Assembly: GCF_009914755.1 (NCBI RefSeq)
Contig: NC_060925.1
Reading direction: 5' to 3' (one strand)
DNA length: 64,000 nt
Source: the human T2T-CHM13v2.0 reference genome, Homo sapiens
The position numbers were made by a program, and so were the translations under genes. The notes under the pieces are model-generated. The model did not search any database, had not been told where the DNA came from, and saw only the letters and a list, made by a program, of their open reading frames with translations. Positions 15,001-29,900 of this stretch are shown here, in pieces (positions within the stretch are counted from its first letter, which is position 1; every line of letters begins with the position of its first letter).

Positions 15001-18000
15001 ATGGACTGGAATGGAATCATTGAATGGACTCGAAAGGGATCATGATTGAATGGAATTGAATGGAATCATCGAATGGTCTCGATTGGAATCATTATCAAAT
15101 GGAATCGAATGGAATCACCGAATAGAATCGAATGGAACAATCATCGAATGGACTCAAATGGAATTATCCTCAAATGGAATCGAATGGAATTATCGAATGC
15201 AATCGAATGGAATTTTCGAATGCAATCGAATAGAATCATCGAATGGACTCGAATGGAATCATCGAATGGAATGGAATGGAACAGTCAATGAACTCGAATG
15301 GAATCATCATTGAATGGAATCGAATGGAATCATCGAGTGGAATCGAATGGAATTATGATCAAATGGAATCGAATGTAATCATCATCAAATGGAATCAAAA
15401 ATAACCATCATCAATTGGTATTGAATGGAATTGTCATCAAATGGAATTCAAAGGAATCATCATCAAATGGAACCGAATGGAATCCTCATTGAATGGAAAT
15501 GAAAGGGGTCATCATCTAATGGAATCGCATGGAATCATCATCAAATGGAATCGAATGGAATCATCATCAAATGGAATCTAATGGAATCATTGAACAGAAT
15601 TGAATGGAATCGTCATCGAATGAATTGAATGCAATCATCGAATGGTCTCGAATGGAATCATCTTCTAATGGAAAGGAATGGAATCATCGCATAGAATCGA
15701 ATGGAATTATCATCGAATGGAATCGAATGGTATCAACACCAAACGGAAAAAAACGGAATTATCGAATGGAATCGAAGAGAATCTTCGAACGGACCCGAAT
15801 GGAATCATCTAATGGAATGGAATGGAATAATCCATGGACTCGAATGCAATCATCATCGAATGGAATCGAATGGAGTCATCGAATAGACTCGAATGGAATA
15901 ATCATTGAACGGAATCGAATGGAATCATCATCGGATGGAAACGAATGGAATCATCATCGAATGGAAATGAAAGGAGTCATCATCTAATGGAATTGCATGG
16001 AATCATCATAAAATGGAATCGAATGGAATAAACATCAAATGGAATCAAATGGAATCATTGAACGGAATTGAATGGAATCGTCATCGAATGAATTGACTGC
16101 AATCATCGAATGGTCTCGAATGGAATCATCTTCAAATGGAATGGAATGGAATCATCGCATAGAATCGAATGGAATTATCATCGAATGGAATCGAATGGAA
16201 TCAACATCAAACGGAAAAAAACAGAATTATCGTATGGAATCGAAGAGAATCATCGAATGGACCCGAATGGAATCATCTAATGGAATGGAATGGAATAATC
16301 CATGGACTCGAATGCAATCATCATCGAATGGAATCGAATGGAATCATCGAATGGACTCGAATGGAATAATCATTGAACGGAATCGAATGGAATCATCATC
16401 GGATGGAAATGAATGGAATCATCATCGAATGGAATCGAATAGAATTATGGAATGAAATCCAGTGTGATCATCATCGAATGGACCCGAATGGAATCATCAT
16501 CCAACGGAAGCTAATGGAATCAACATCGAATGAATCGAATGGAAACACCATCGAATTGAAACGAATGGAATTATCATGAAATTGAAATGGATGGACACAT
16601 CATCGAATGGATTCGAATGGAATCATCGAATAAAATTGATTGAAATCATCATCAAATGGAATCGAATGGTATCATTGAATGGAATCGAATGGAATCATCA
16701 TCAGATGGAAATGAATGGAATCGTCATAGAATGGAATCGAATGGATTCATTGAATGGAATCAGATGGAATCATCGAATGGACTGGAATGAAATCATTGAA
16801 TGGACTCGAAAGGGATCATTATTGAATGGAATTGAATGGAATCATCGAATGGTCTCGATTGGAATCATTATCAAATGGAATCGAATGGAATCACCGAATA
16901 GAATCGAATGGAACAATCATTGAATGGACTCAAATGGAATTATCCTCAAATGGAATCGAATGGAATTATCGAATGCAATCGAATGGAATCATCGAATGCA
17001 ATCGAATAGAATCATCGAATGGACTCGAATGGAATCATCGAATGGAATGGAATGGAACAGTCAATGAACTCGAATGGAATCATCATTGAATGGAATCGAA
17101 TGGAATCATCGAGTGGAATCGAATGGAATTATGATCAAATGGAATCGAATGTAATCATCATCAAATGGAATCAAAAATAACCATCATCAATTGGTATTGA
17201 ATGGAATTGTCATCAAATGGAATTCAAAGGAATCATCATCAAATGGAACCGAATGGAATCCTCATTGAATGGAAATGAAAGGGGTCATCATCTAATGGAA
17301 TCGCATGGAATCATCATCAAATGGAATCGAATGGAATCATCATCAAATGGAATCTAATGGAATCATTGAACAGAATTGAATGGAATCGTCATCGAATGAA
17401 TTGAATGCAATCATCGAATGGTCTCGAATGGAATCATCTTCTAATGGAAAGGAATGGAATCATCGCATAGAATCGAATGGAATTATCATCGAATGGAATC
17501 GAATGGTATCAACACCAAACGGAAAAAAACGGAATTATCGAATGGAATCGAAGAGAATCTTCGAACGGACCCGAATGGAATCATCTAATGGAATGGAATG
17601 GAATAATCCATGGACTCGAATGCAATCATCATCGAATGGAATGGAATGGAATCATCGAATGGACTCGAATGGAATAATCATTGAACGGAATCGAATGGAA
17701 TCATCATCGGATGGAAACGAATGGAATCATCATCGAATGGAAATGAAAGGAGTCATCATCTAATGGAATTGCATGGAATCATCATCAAATGGAATCGAAT
17801 GGAATCAACATCAAATGGAATCAAATGGAATCATTGAACGGAATTGAATGGAATCGTCATCGAATGAATTGACTGCAATCATCGAATGGTCTCGAATGGA
17901 ATCATCTTCAAATGGAATGGAATGGAATCATCGCATAGAATCGAATGGAATTATCATCGAATGGAATCGAATGGAATCAACATCAAACGGAAAAAAACGG

Positions 18001-18387
18001 AATTATCGAATGGAATCGAAGAGAATCATCGAATGGACCCGAATGGAATCATCTAATGGAATGGAATGGAATAATCCATGGACTCGAATGCAATCATCAT
18101 CGAATGGAATCGAATGGAATCATCGAATGGACTCGAATGGAATAATCATTGAACGGAATCGAATGGAATCATCATCGGATGGAAATGAATGGAATCATCA
18201 TCGAATGGAATCGAATAGAATTATGGAATGAAATCCAGTGTGATCATCATCGAATGGACCCGAATGGAATCATCATCCAACGGAAGCTAATGGAATCAAC
18301 ATCGAATGAATCGAATGGAAACACCATCGAATTGAAACGAATGGAATTATTATGAAATTGAAATGGATGGACTCATCATCGAATGGA

Positions 18388-19073
18388 TTCGAATGGAAAC
18401 ATCGAATAAAATTGATTGAAATCATCATCCAATGGAATCGAATGGTATCATTGAATGGAATCGAATGGAATCATCATCAGATGGAAATGAATGGAATCGT
18501 CATAGAATGGAATCGAATGGATTCATTGAATGGAATCAGATGGAATCATCGAATGGACTGGAATGGAATCATTGAATGGACTCGAAAGGGATCATGATTG
18601 AATGGAATTGAATGGAATCATCGAATGGTCTCGATTGGAATCATTATCAAATGGAATCGAATGGAATCACCGAATAGAATCGAATGGAACAATCATCGAA
18701 TGGACTCAAATGGAATTATCCTCAAATGGATTCGAATGGAAACATCGAATAAAATTGATTGAAATCATCATCCAATGGAATCGAATGGTATCATTGAATG
18801 GAATCGAATGGAATCATCATCAGATGGAAATGAATGGAATCGTCATAGAATGGAATCGAATGGATTCATTGAATGGAATCAGATGGAATCATCGAATGGA
18901 CTGGAATGGAATCATTGAATGGACTCGAAAGGGATCATGATTGAATGGAATTGAATGGAATCATCGAATGGTCTCGATTGGAATCATTATCAAATGGAAT
19001 CGAATGGAATCACCGAATAGAATCGAATGGAACAATCATCGAATGGACTCAAATGGAATTATCCTCAAATGGA
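18388..19073 (+). repeat. 343-bp tandem duplication within part C of one unit
   Basis: The junction ATCCTCAAATGGA|TTCGAATGGAAAC at 18730/18731 jumps back to 18388. ORFs 18602 and 18945 are 343 bp apart. Confidence 0.92.
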
Positions 19074-19076
19074 ATC

Positions 19077-19099
19077 GAATGGAATTATCGAATGCAATC
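19077..19099 (+). repeat. Single copy of the normally doubled 23-bp monomer GAATGGAATTATCGAATGCAATC (23-bp deletion)
   Basis: Other units carry two tandem copies. The period here is 2096 = 1776+343-23. Confidence 0.9.
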
Positions 19100-22000
19100 G
19101 AATAGAATCATCGAAAGGACTCGAATGGAATCATCGAATGGAATGGAATGGAACAGTCAATGAACTCGAATGGAATCATCATTGAATGGAATCGAATGGA
19201 ATCATCGAGTGGAATCGAATGGAATTATGATCAAATGGAATCGAATGTAATCATCATCAAATGGAATCAAAAATAACCATCATCAATTGGTATTGAATGG
19301 AATTGTCATCAAATGGAATTCAAAGGAATCATCATCAAATGGAACCGAATGGAATCCTCATTGAATGGAAATGAAAGGGGTCATCATCTAATGGAATCGC
19401 ATGGAATCATCATCAAATGGAATCGAATGGAATCATCATCAAATGGAATCTAATGGAATCATTGAACAGAATTGAATGGAATCGTCATCGAATGAATTGA
19501 ATGCAATCATCGAATGGTCTCGAATGGAATCTTCTTCTAATGGAAAGGAATGGAATCATCGCATAGAATCGAATGGAATTATCATCGAATGGAATCGAAT
19601 GGTATCAACACCAAACGGAAAAAAACGGAATTATCGAATGGAATCGAAGAGAATCTTCGAACGGACCCGAATGGAATCATCTAATGGAATGGAATGGAAT
19701 AATCCATTGACTCGAATGCAATCATCATCGAATGGAATGGAATGGAATCATCGAATGGACTCGAATGGAATAATCATTGAACGGAATCGAATGGAATCAT
19801 CATCGGATGGAAACGAATGGAATCATCATCGAATGGAAATGAAAGGAGTCATCATCTAATGGAATTGCATGGAATCATCATAAAATGGAATCGAATGGAA
19901 TCAACATCAAATGGAATCAAATGGAATCATTGAACGGAATTGAATGGAATCGTCATCGAATGAATTGACTGCAATCATCGAATGGTCTCGAATGGAATCA
20001 TCTTCAAATGGAATGGAATGGAATCATCGCATAGAATCGAATGGAATTATCATCGAATGGAATCGAATGGAATCAACATCAAACGGAAAAAAACGGAATT
20101 ATCGAATGGAATCGAAGAGAATCATCGAATGGACCCGAATGGAATAATCTAATGGAATGGAATGGAATAATCCATGGACTCGAATGCAATCATCATCGAA
20201 TGGAATCGAATGGAATCATCGAATGGACTCGAATGGAATAATCATTGAACGGAATCGAATGGAATCATCATCGGATGGAAATGAATGGAATCATCATCGA
20301 ATGGAATCGAATAGAATTATGGAATGAAATCCAGTGTGATCATCATCGAATGGACCCGAATGGAATCATCATCCAACGGAAGCTAATGGAATCAACATCG
20401 AATGAATCGAATGGAAACACCATCGAATTGAAACGAATGGAATTATTATGAAATTGAAATGGATGGACTCATCATCGAATGGATTCGAATGGAAACATCG
20501 AATAAAATTGATTGAAATCATCATCCAATGGAATCGAATGGTATCATTGAATGGAATCGAATGGAATCATCATCAGATGGAAATGAATGGAATCGTCATA
20601 GAATGGAATCGAATGGATTCATTGAATGGAATCAGATGGAATCATCGAATGGACTGGAATGGAATCATTGAATGGACTCGAAAGGGATCATGATTGAATG
20701 GAATTGAATGGAATCATCGAATGGTCTCGATTGGAATCATTATCAAATGGAATCGAATGGAATCACCGAATAGAATCGAATGGAACAATCATCGAATGGA
20801 CTCAAATGGAATTATCCTCAAATGGAATCGAATGGAATTATCGAATGCAATCGAATGGAATTATCGAATGCAATCGAATAGAATCATCGAAAGGACTCGA
20901 ATGGAATCATCGAATGGAATGGAATGGAACAGTCAATGAACTCGAATGGAATCATCATTGAATGGAATCGAATGGAATCATCGAGTGGAATCGAATGGAA
21001 TTATGATCAAATGGAATCGAATGTAATCATCATCAAATGGAATCAAAAATAACCATCATCAATTGGTATTGAATGGAATTGTCATCAAATGGAATTCAAA
21101 GGAATCATCATCAAATGGAACCGAATGGAATCCTCATTGAATGGAAATGAAAGGGGTCATCATCTAATGGAATCGCATGGAATCATCATCAAATGGAATC
21201 GAATGGAATCATCATCAAATGGAATCTAATGGAATCATTGAACAGAATTGAATGGAATCGTCATCGAATGAATTGAATGCAATCATCGAATGGTCTCGAA
21301 TGGAATCTTCTTCTAATGGAAAGGAATGGAATCATCGCATAGAATCGAATGGAATTATCATCGAATGGAATCGAATGGTATCAACACCAAACGGAAAAAA
21401 ACGGAATTATCGAATGGAATCGAAGAGAATCTTCGAACGGACACGAATGGAATCATCTAATGGAATGGAATGGAATAATCCATGGACTCGAATGCAATCA
21501 TCATCGAATGGAATGGAATGGAATCATCGAATGGACTCGAATGGAATAATCATTGAACGGAATCGAATGGAATCATCATCGGATGGAAACGAATGGAATC
21601 ATCATCGAATGGAAATGAAAGGAGTCATCATCTAATGGAATTGCATGGAATCATCATAAAATGGAATCGAATGGAATCAACATCAAATGGAATCAAATGG
21701 AATCATTGAACGGAATTGAATGGAATCGTCATCGAATGAATTGACTGCAATCATCGAATGGTCTCGAATGGAATCATCTTCAAATGGAATGGAATGGAAT
21801 CATCGCATAGAATCGAATGGAATTATCATCGAATGGAATCGAATGGAATCAACATCAAACGGAAAAAAACAGAATTATCGTATGGAATCGAAGAGAATCA
21901 TCGAATGGACCCGAATGGAATCATCTAATGGAATGGAATGGAATAATCCATGGACTCGAATGCAATCATCATCGAATGGAATCGAATGGAATCATCGAAT

Positions 22001-25000
22001 GGACTCGAATGGAATAAACATTGAACGGAATCGAATGGAATCATCATCGGATGGAAATGAATGGAATCATCATCGAATGGAATCGAATAGAATTATGGAA
22101 TGAAATCCAGTGTGATCATCATCGAATGGACCCGAATGGAATCATCATCCAACGGAAGCTAATGGAATCAACATCAAATGAATCGAATGGAAACACCATC
22201 GAATTGAAACGAATGGAATTATCATGAAATTGAAATGGATGGACTCATCATCGAATGGATTCGAATGGAATCATCGAATAAAATTGATTGAAATCATCAT
22301 CCAATGGAATCGAATGGTATCATTGAATGGAATCGAATGGAATCATCATCAGATGGAAATGAATGGAATCGTCATAGAATGGAATCGAATGGATTCATTG
22401 AATGGAATCAGATGGAATCATCGAATGGACTGGAATGGAATCATTGAATGGACTCGAAAGGGATCATTATTGAATGGAATTGAATGGAATCATCGAATGG
22501 TCTCGATTGGAATCATTATCAAATGGAATCGAATGGAATCACCGAACAGAATCGAATGGAACAATCATCGAATGGACTCAAATGGAATTATCCTCCAATG
22601 GAATCGAATGGAATTATCGAATGCAATCGAATGGAATTATCGAATGCAATCGAATAGAATCATCGAATGGACTCGAATGGAATCATCGAATGGAATGGAA
22701 TGGAACAGTCAATGAACTCGAATGGAATCATCATTGAATGGAATCGAATGGAATCATCGAGTGGAATCGAATGGAATTATGATCAAATGGAATCGAATGT
22801 AATCATCATCAAATGGAATCAAAAATAACCATCATCAATTGGTATTGAATGGAATTGTCATCAAATGGAATTCAAAGGAATCATCATCAAATGGAACCGA
22901 ATGGAATCCTCATTGAATGGAAATGAAAGGGGTCATCATCTAATGGAATCGCATGGAATCATCATCAAATGGAATCGAATGGAATCATCATCAAATGGAA
23001 TCTAATGGAATCATTGAACAGAATTGAATGGAATCGTCATCGAATGAATTGAATGCAATCATCGAATGGTCTCGAATGGAATCATCTTCTAATGGAAAGG
23101 AATGGAATCATCGCATAGAATCGAATGGAATTATCATCGAATGGAATCGAATGGTATCAACACCAAACGGAAAAAAACGGAATTATCGAATGGAATCGAA
23201 GAGAATCTTCGAACGGACCCGAATGGAATCATCTAATGGAATGGAATGGAATAATCCATGGACTCGAATGCAATCATCATCGAATGGAATGGAATGGAAT
23301 CATCGAATGGACTCGAATGGAATAATCATTGAACGGAATCGAATGGAATCATCATCGGATGGAAACGAATGGAATCATCATCGAATGGAAATGAAAGGAG
23401 TCATCATCTAATGGAATTGCATGGAATCATCATAAAATGGAATCGAATGGAATCAACATCAAATGGAATCAAATGGAATCATTGAACGGAATTGAATGGA
23501 ATCGTCATCGAATGAATTGACTGCAATCATCCAATGGTCTCGAATGGAATCATCTTCAAATGGAATGGAATGGAATCATCGCATAGAATCGAATGGAATT
23601 ATCATCGAATGGAATCGAATGGAATCAACATCAAACGGAAAAAAACGGAATTATCGAATGGAATCGAAGAGAATCATCGAATGGACCCGAATGGAATCAT
23701 CTAATGGAATGGAATGGAATAATCCATGGACTCGAATGCAATCATCATCGAATGGAATCGAATGGAATCATCGAATGGACTCGAATGGAATAATCATTGA
23801 ACGGAATCGAATGGAATCATCATCGGATGGAAATGAATGGAATCATCATCGAATGGAATCGAATAGAATTATGGAATGAAATCCAGTGTGATCATCATCG
23901 AATGGACCCGAATGGAATCATCATCCAACGGAAGCTAATGGAATCAACATCGAATGAATCGAATGGAAACACCATCGAATTGAAACGAATGGAATTATCA
24001 TGAAATTGAAATGGATGGACTCATCATCGAATGGATTCGAATGGAATCATCGAATAAAATTGATTGAAATCATCATCCAATGGAATCGAATGGTATCATT
24101 GAATGGAATCGAATGGAATCATCATCAGATGGAAATGAATGGAATCGTCATAGAATGGAATCGAATGGATTCATTGAATGGAATCAGATGGAATCATCGA
24201 ATGGACTGGAATGGAATCATTGAATGGACTCGAAAGGGATCATGATTGAATGGAATTGAATGGAATCATCGAATGGTCTCGATTGGAATCATTATCAAAT
24301 GGAATCGAATGGAATCACCGAATAGAATCGAATGGAACAATCATCGAATGGACTCAAATGGAATTATCCTCCAATGGAATCGAATGGAATTATCGAATGC
24401 AATCGAATGGAATTATCGAATGCAATCGAATAGAATCATCGAATGGACTCGAATGGAATCATCAAATGGAATGGAATGGAACAGTCAATGAACTCGAATG
24501 GAATCATCATTGAATGGAATCGAATGGAATCATCGAGTGGAATCGAATGGAATTATGATCAAATGGAATCGAATGTAATCATCATCAAATGGAATCAAAA
24601 ATAACCATCATCAATTGGTATTGAATGGAATTGTCATCAAATGGAATTCAAAGGAATCATCATCAAATGGAACCGAATGGAATCCTCATTGAATGGAAAT
24701 GAAAGGGGTCATCATCTAATGGAATCGCATGGAATCATCATCAAATGGAATCGAATGGAATCATCATCAAATGGAATCTAATGGAATCATTGAACAGAAT
24801 TGAATGGAATCGTCATCGAATGAATTGAATGCAATCATCGAATGGTCTCGAATGGAATCATCTTCTAATGGAAAGGAATGGAATCATCGCATAGAATCGA
24901 ATGGAATTATCATCGAATGGAATCGAATGGTATCAACACCAAACGGAAAAAAACGGAATTATCGAATGGAATCGAAGAGAATCTTCGAACGGACCCGAAT

Positions 25001-25540
25001 GGAATCATCTAATGGAATGGAATGGAATAATCCATGGACTCGAATGCAATCATCATCGAATGGAATCGAATGGAATCATCGAATGGACTCGAATGGAATA
25101 ATCATTGAACGGAATCGATTGGAATCATCATCGGATGGAAACGAATGGAATCATCATCGAATGGAAATGAAAGGAGTCATCATCTAATGGAATTGCATGG
25201 AATCATCATAAAATGGAATCGAATGGAATCAACATCAAATGGAATCAAATGGAATCATTGAACGGAATTGAATGGAATCGTCATCGAATGAATTGACTGC
25301 AATCATCCAATGGTCTCGAATGGAATCATCTTCAAATGGAATGGAATGGAATCATCGCATAGAATCGAATGGAATTATCATCGAATGGAATCGAATGGAA
25401 TCAACATCCAACGGAAAAAAACGGAATTATCGAATGGAATCGAAGAGAATCATCGAATGGACCCGAATGGAATCATCTAATGGAATGGAATGGAATAATC
25501 CATGGACTCGAATGCAATCATCATCGAATGGAATGGAATG

Positions 25541-26903
25541 GAATCATCGAATGGACTCGAATGGAATAATCATTGAACGGAATCGAATGGAATCATCATC
25601 GGATGGAAATGAATGGAATCATCATCGAATGGAATCGAATAGAATTATGGAATGAAATCCAGTGTGATCATCATCGAATGGACCCGAATGGAATCATCAT
25701 CCAACGGAAGCTAATGGAATCAACATCGAATGAATCAAATGGAAACACCATCGAATTGAAACGAATGGAATTACCATGAAATTGAAATGGATGGACTCAT
25801 CATCGAATGGATTCGAATGGAATCATCGAATAAAATTGATTGAAATCATCATCGAATGGAATCGAATGGTATCATTGAATGGAATCGAATGGAATCATCA
25901 TCAGATGGAAATGAATGGAATCGTCATAGAATGGAATCGAATGGATTCATTGAATGGAATCAGATGGAATCATCGAATGGACTGGAATGGAATCATTGAA
26001 TGGACTCGAAAGGGATCATGATTGAATGGAATTGAATGGAATCATCGAATGGTCTCGATTGGAATCATTATCAAATGGAATCGAATGGAATCACCGAATA
26101 GAATCGAATGGAACAATCATTGAATGGACTCAAATGGAATTATCCTCCAATGGAATCGAATGGAATTATCGAATGCAATCGAATGGAATTATCGAATGCA
26201 ATCGAATAGAATCATCGAATGGACTCGAATGGAATAATCATTGAACGGAATCGAATGGAATCATCATCGGATGGAAATGAATGGAATCATCATCGAATGG
26301 AATCGAATAGAATTATGGAATGAAATCCAGTGTGATCATCATCGAATGGACCCGAATGGAATCAACATCCAACGGAAGCTAATGGAATCAACATCGAATG
26401 AATCGAATGGAAACACCATCGAATTGAAACGAATGGAATTATCATGAAATTGAAATGGATGGACTCATCATCGAATGGATTCGAATGGAATCATCGAATA
26501 AAATTGATTGAAATCATCATCCAATGGAATCGAATGGTATCATTGAATGGAATCGAATGGAATCATCATCAGATGGAAATGAATGGAATCGTCATAGAAT
26601 GGAATCGAATGGATTCATTGAATGGAATCAGATGGAATCATCGAATGGACTGGAATGGAATCATTGAATGGACTCGAAAGGGATCATTATTGAATGGAAT
26701 TGAATGGAATCATCGAATGGTCTCGATTGGAATCATTATCAAATGGAATCGAATGAAATCACCGAACAGAATCGAATGGAACAATCATCGAATGGACTCA
26801 AATGGAATTATCCTCCAATGGAATCGAATGGAATTATCGAATGCAATCGAATGGAATTATCGAATGCAATCGAATAGAATCATCGAATGGACTCGAATGG
26901 AAT
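25541..26903 (+). repeat. 668-bp duplication (end of B plus most of C)
   Basis: ORFs 25573/26241 and 25776/26444 are offset by 668. The period is 2444 = 1776+668. The junction lies in a 27-bp shared tract at 26209-26235. Confidence 0.92.
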
Positions 26904-29900
26904 CATCGAATGGAATGGAATGGAACAGTCAATGAACTCGAATGGAATCATCATTGAATGGAATCGAATGGAATCATCGAGTGGAATCGAATGGAATTAT
27001 GATCAAATGGAATCGAATGTAATCATCATCAAATGGAATCAAAAATAACCATCATCAATTGGTATTGAATGGAATTGTCATCAAATGGAATTCAAAGGAA
27101 TCATCATCAAATGGAACCGAATGGAATCCTCATTGAATGGAAATGAAAGGGGTCATCATCTAATGGAATCGCATGGAATCATCATCAAATGGAATCGAAT
27201 GGAATCATCATCAAATGGAATCTAATGGAATCATTGAACAGAATTGAATGGAATCGTCATCGAATGAATTGAATGCAATCATCGAATGGTCTCGAATGGA
27301 ATCATCTTCTAATGGAAAGGAATGGAATCATCGCATAGAATCGAATGGAATTATCATCGAATGGAATCGAACGGTATCAACACCAAACGGAAAAAAACGG
27401 AATTATCGAATGGAATCGAAGAGAATCTTCGAACGGACCCGAATGGAATCATCTAATGGAATGGAATGGAATAATCCATGGACTCGAATGCAATCATCAT
27501 CGAATGGAATCGAATGGAATCATCGAATGGACTCGAATGGAATAATCATTGAACGGAATCGATTGGAATCATCATCGGATGGAAACGAATGGAATCATCA
27601 TCGAATGGAAATGAAAGGAGTCATCATCTAATGGAATTGCATGGAATCATCATAAAATGGAATCGAATGGAATCAACATCAAATGGAATCAAATGGAATC
27701 ATTGAACGGAATTGAATGGAATCGTCATCGAATGAATTGACTGCAATCATCCAATGGTCTCGAATGGAATCATCTTCAAATGGAATGGAATGGAATCATC
27801 GCATAAAATCGAATGGAATTATCATCGAATGGAATCGAATGGAATCAACATCCAACGGAAAAAAACGGAATTATCGAATGGAATCGAAGAGAATCATCGA
27901 ATGGACCCGAATGGAATCATCTAATGGAATGGAATGGAATAATCCATGGACTCGAATGCAATCATCATCGAATGGAATCGAATGGAATCATCGAATGGAC
28001 TCGAATGGAATAATCATTGAACGGAATCGAATGGAATCATCATCGGATGGAAATGAATGGAATCATCATCGAATGGAATCGAATAGAATTATGGAATGAA
28101 ATCCAGTGTGATCATCATCGAATGGACCCGAATGGAATCAACATCCAACGGAAGCTAATGGAATCAACATCGAATGAATCGAATGGAAACACCATCGAAT
28201 TGAAACGAATGGAATTATCATGAAATTGAAATGGATGGACTCATCATCGAATGGATTCGAATGGAATCATCGAATAAAATTGATTGAAATCATCATCCAA
28301 TGGAATCGAATGGTATCATTGAATGGAATCGAATGGAATCATCATCAGATGGAAATGAATGGAATCGTCATAGAATGGAATCGAATGGATTCATTGAATG
28401 GAATCAGATGGAATCATCGAATGGACTGGAATGGAATCATTGAATGGACTCGAAAGGGATCATTATTGAATGGAATTGAATGGAATCATCGAATGGTCTC
28501 GATTGGAATCATTATCAAATGGAATCGAATGAAATCACCGAACAGAATCGAATGGAACAATCATCGAATGGACTCAAATGGAATTATCCTCCAATGGAAT
28601 CGAATGGAATTATCGAATGCAATCGAATGGAATTACCGAATGCAATCGAATAGAATCATCGAATGGACTCGAATGGAATCATCGAATGGAATGGAATGGA
28701 ACAGTCAATGAACTCGAATGGAATCATCATTGAATGGAATCGAATGGAATCATCGAGTGGAATCGAATGGAATTATGATCAAATGGAATCGAATGTAATC
28801 ATCATCAAATGGAATCAAAAATAACCATCATCAATTGGTATTGAATGGAATTGTCATCAAATGGAATTCAAAGGAATCATCATCAAATGGAACCGAATGG
28901 AATCCTCATTGAATGGAAATGAAAGGGGTCATCATCTAATGGAATCGCATGGAATCATCATCAAATGGAATCGAATGGAATCATCATCAAATGGAATCTA
29001 ATGGAATCATTGAACAGAATTGAATGGAATCGTCATCGAATGAATTGAATGCAATCATCGAATGGTCTCGAATGGAATCATCTTCTAATGGAAAGGAATG
29101 GAATCATCGCATAGAATCGAATGGAATTATCATCGAATGGAATCGAATGGTATCAACACCAAACGGAAAAAAACGGAATTATCGAATTGAATCGAAGAGA
29201 ATCTTCGAACGGACCCGAATGGAATCATCTAATGGAATGGAATGGAATAATCCATGGACTCGAATGCAATCATCATCGAATGGAATCGAATGGAATCATC
29301 GAATGGACTCGAATGGAATAATCATTGAACGGAATCGAATGGAATCATCATCGGATGGAAACGAATGGAATCATCATCGAATGGAAATGAAAGGAGTCAT
29401 CATCTAATGGAATTGCATGGAATCATCATAAAATGGAATCGTATGGAATCAACATCAAATGGAATCAAATGGAATCATTGAACGGAATTGAATGGAATCG
29501 TCATCGAATGAATTGACTGCAATCATCCAATGGTCTCGAATGGAATCATCTTCAAATGGAATGGAATGGAATCATCGCATAGAATCGAATGGAATTATCA
29601 TCGAATGGAATCGAATGGAATCAACATCAAACGGAAAAAAACGGAATTATCGAATGGAATCGAAGAGAATCATCGAATGGACCCGAATGGAATCATCTAA
29701 TGGAATGGAATGGAATAATCCATGGACTCGAATGCAATCATCATCGAATGGAATCGAATGGAATCATCGAATGGACTCGAATGGAATAATCATTGAACGG
29801 AATCGAATGGAATCATCATCGGATGGAAATGAATGGAATCATCATCGAATGGAATCGAATAGAATTATGGAATGAAATCCAGTGTGATCATCATCGAATG

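Noticed and set aside
22224-22715. Longer 163-aa ORFs (also 26444, 28220, 35324, 39491, 63368)
   Set aside because: A single TGA>TTA satellite variant fuses two spurious ORFs.
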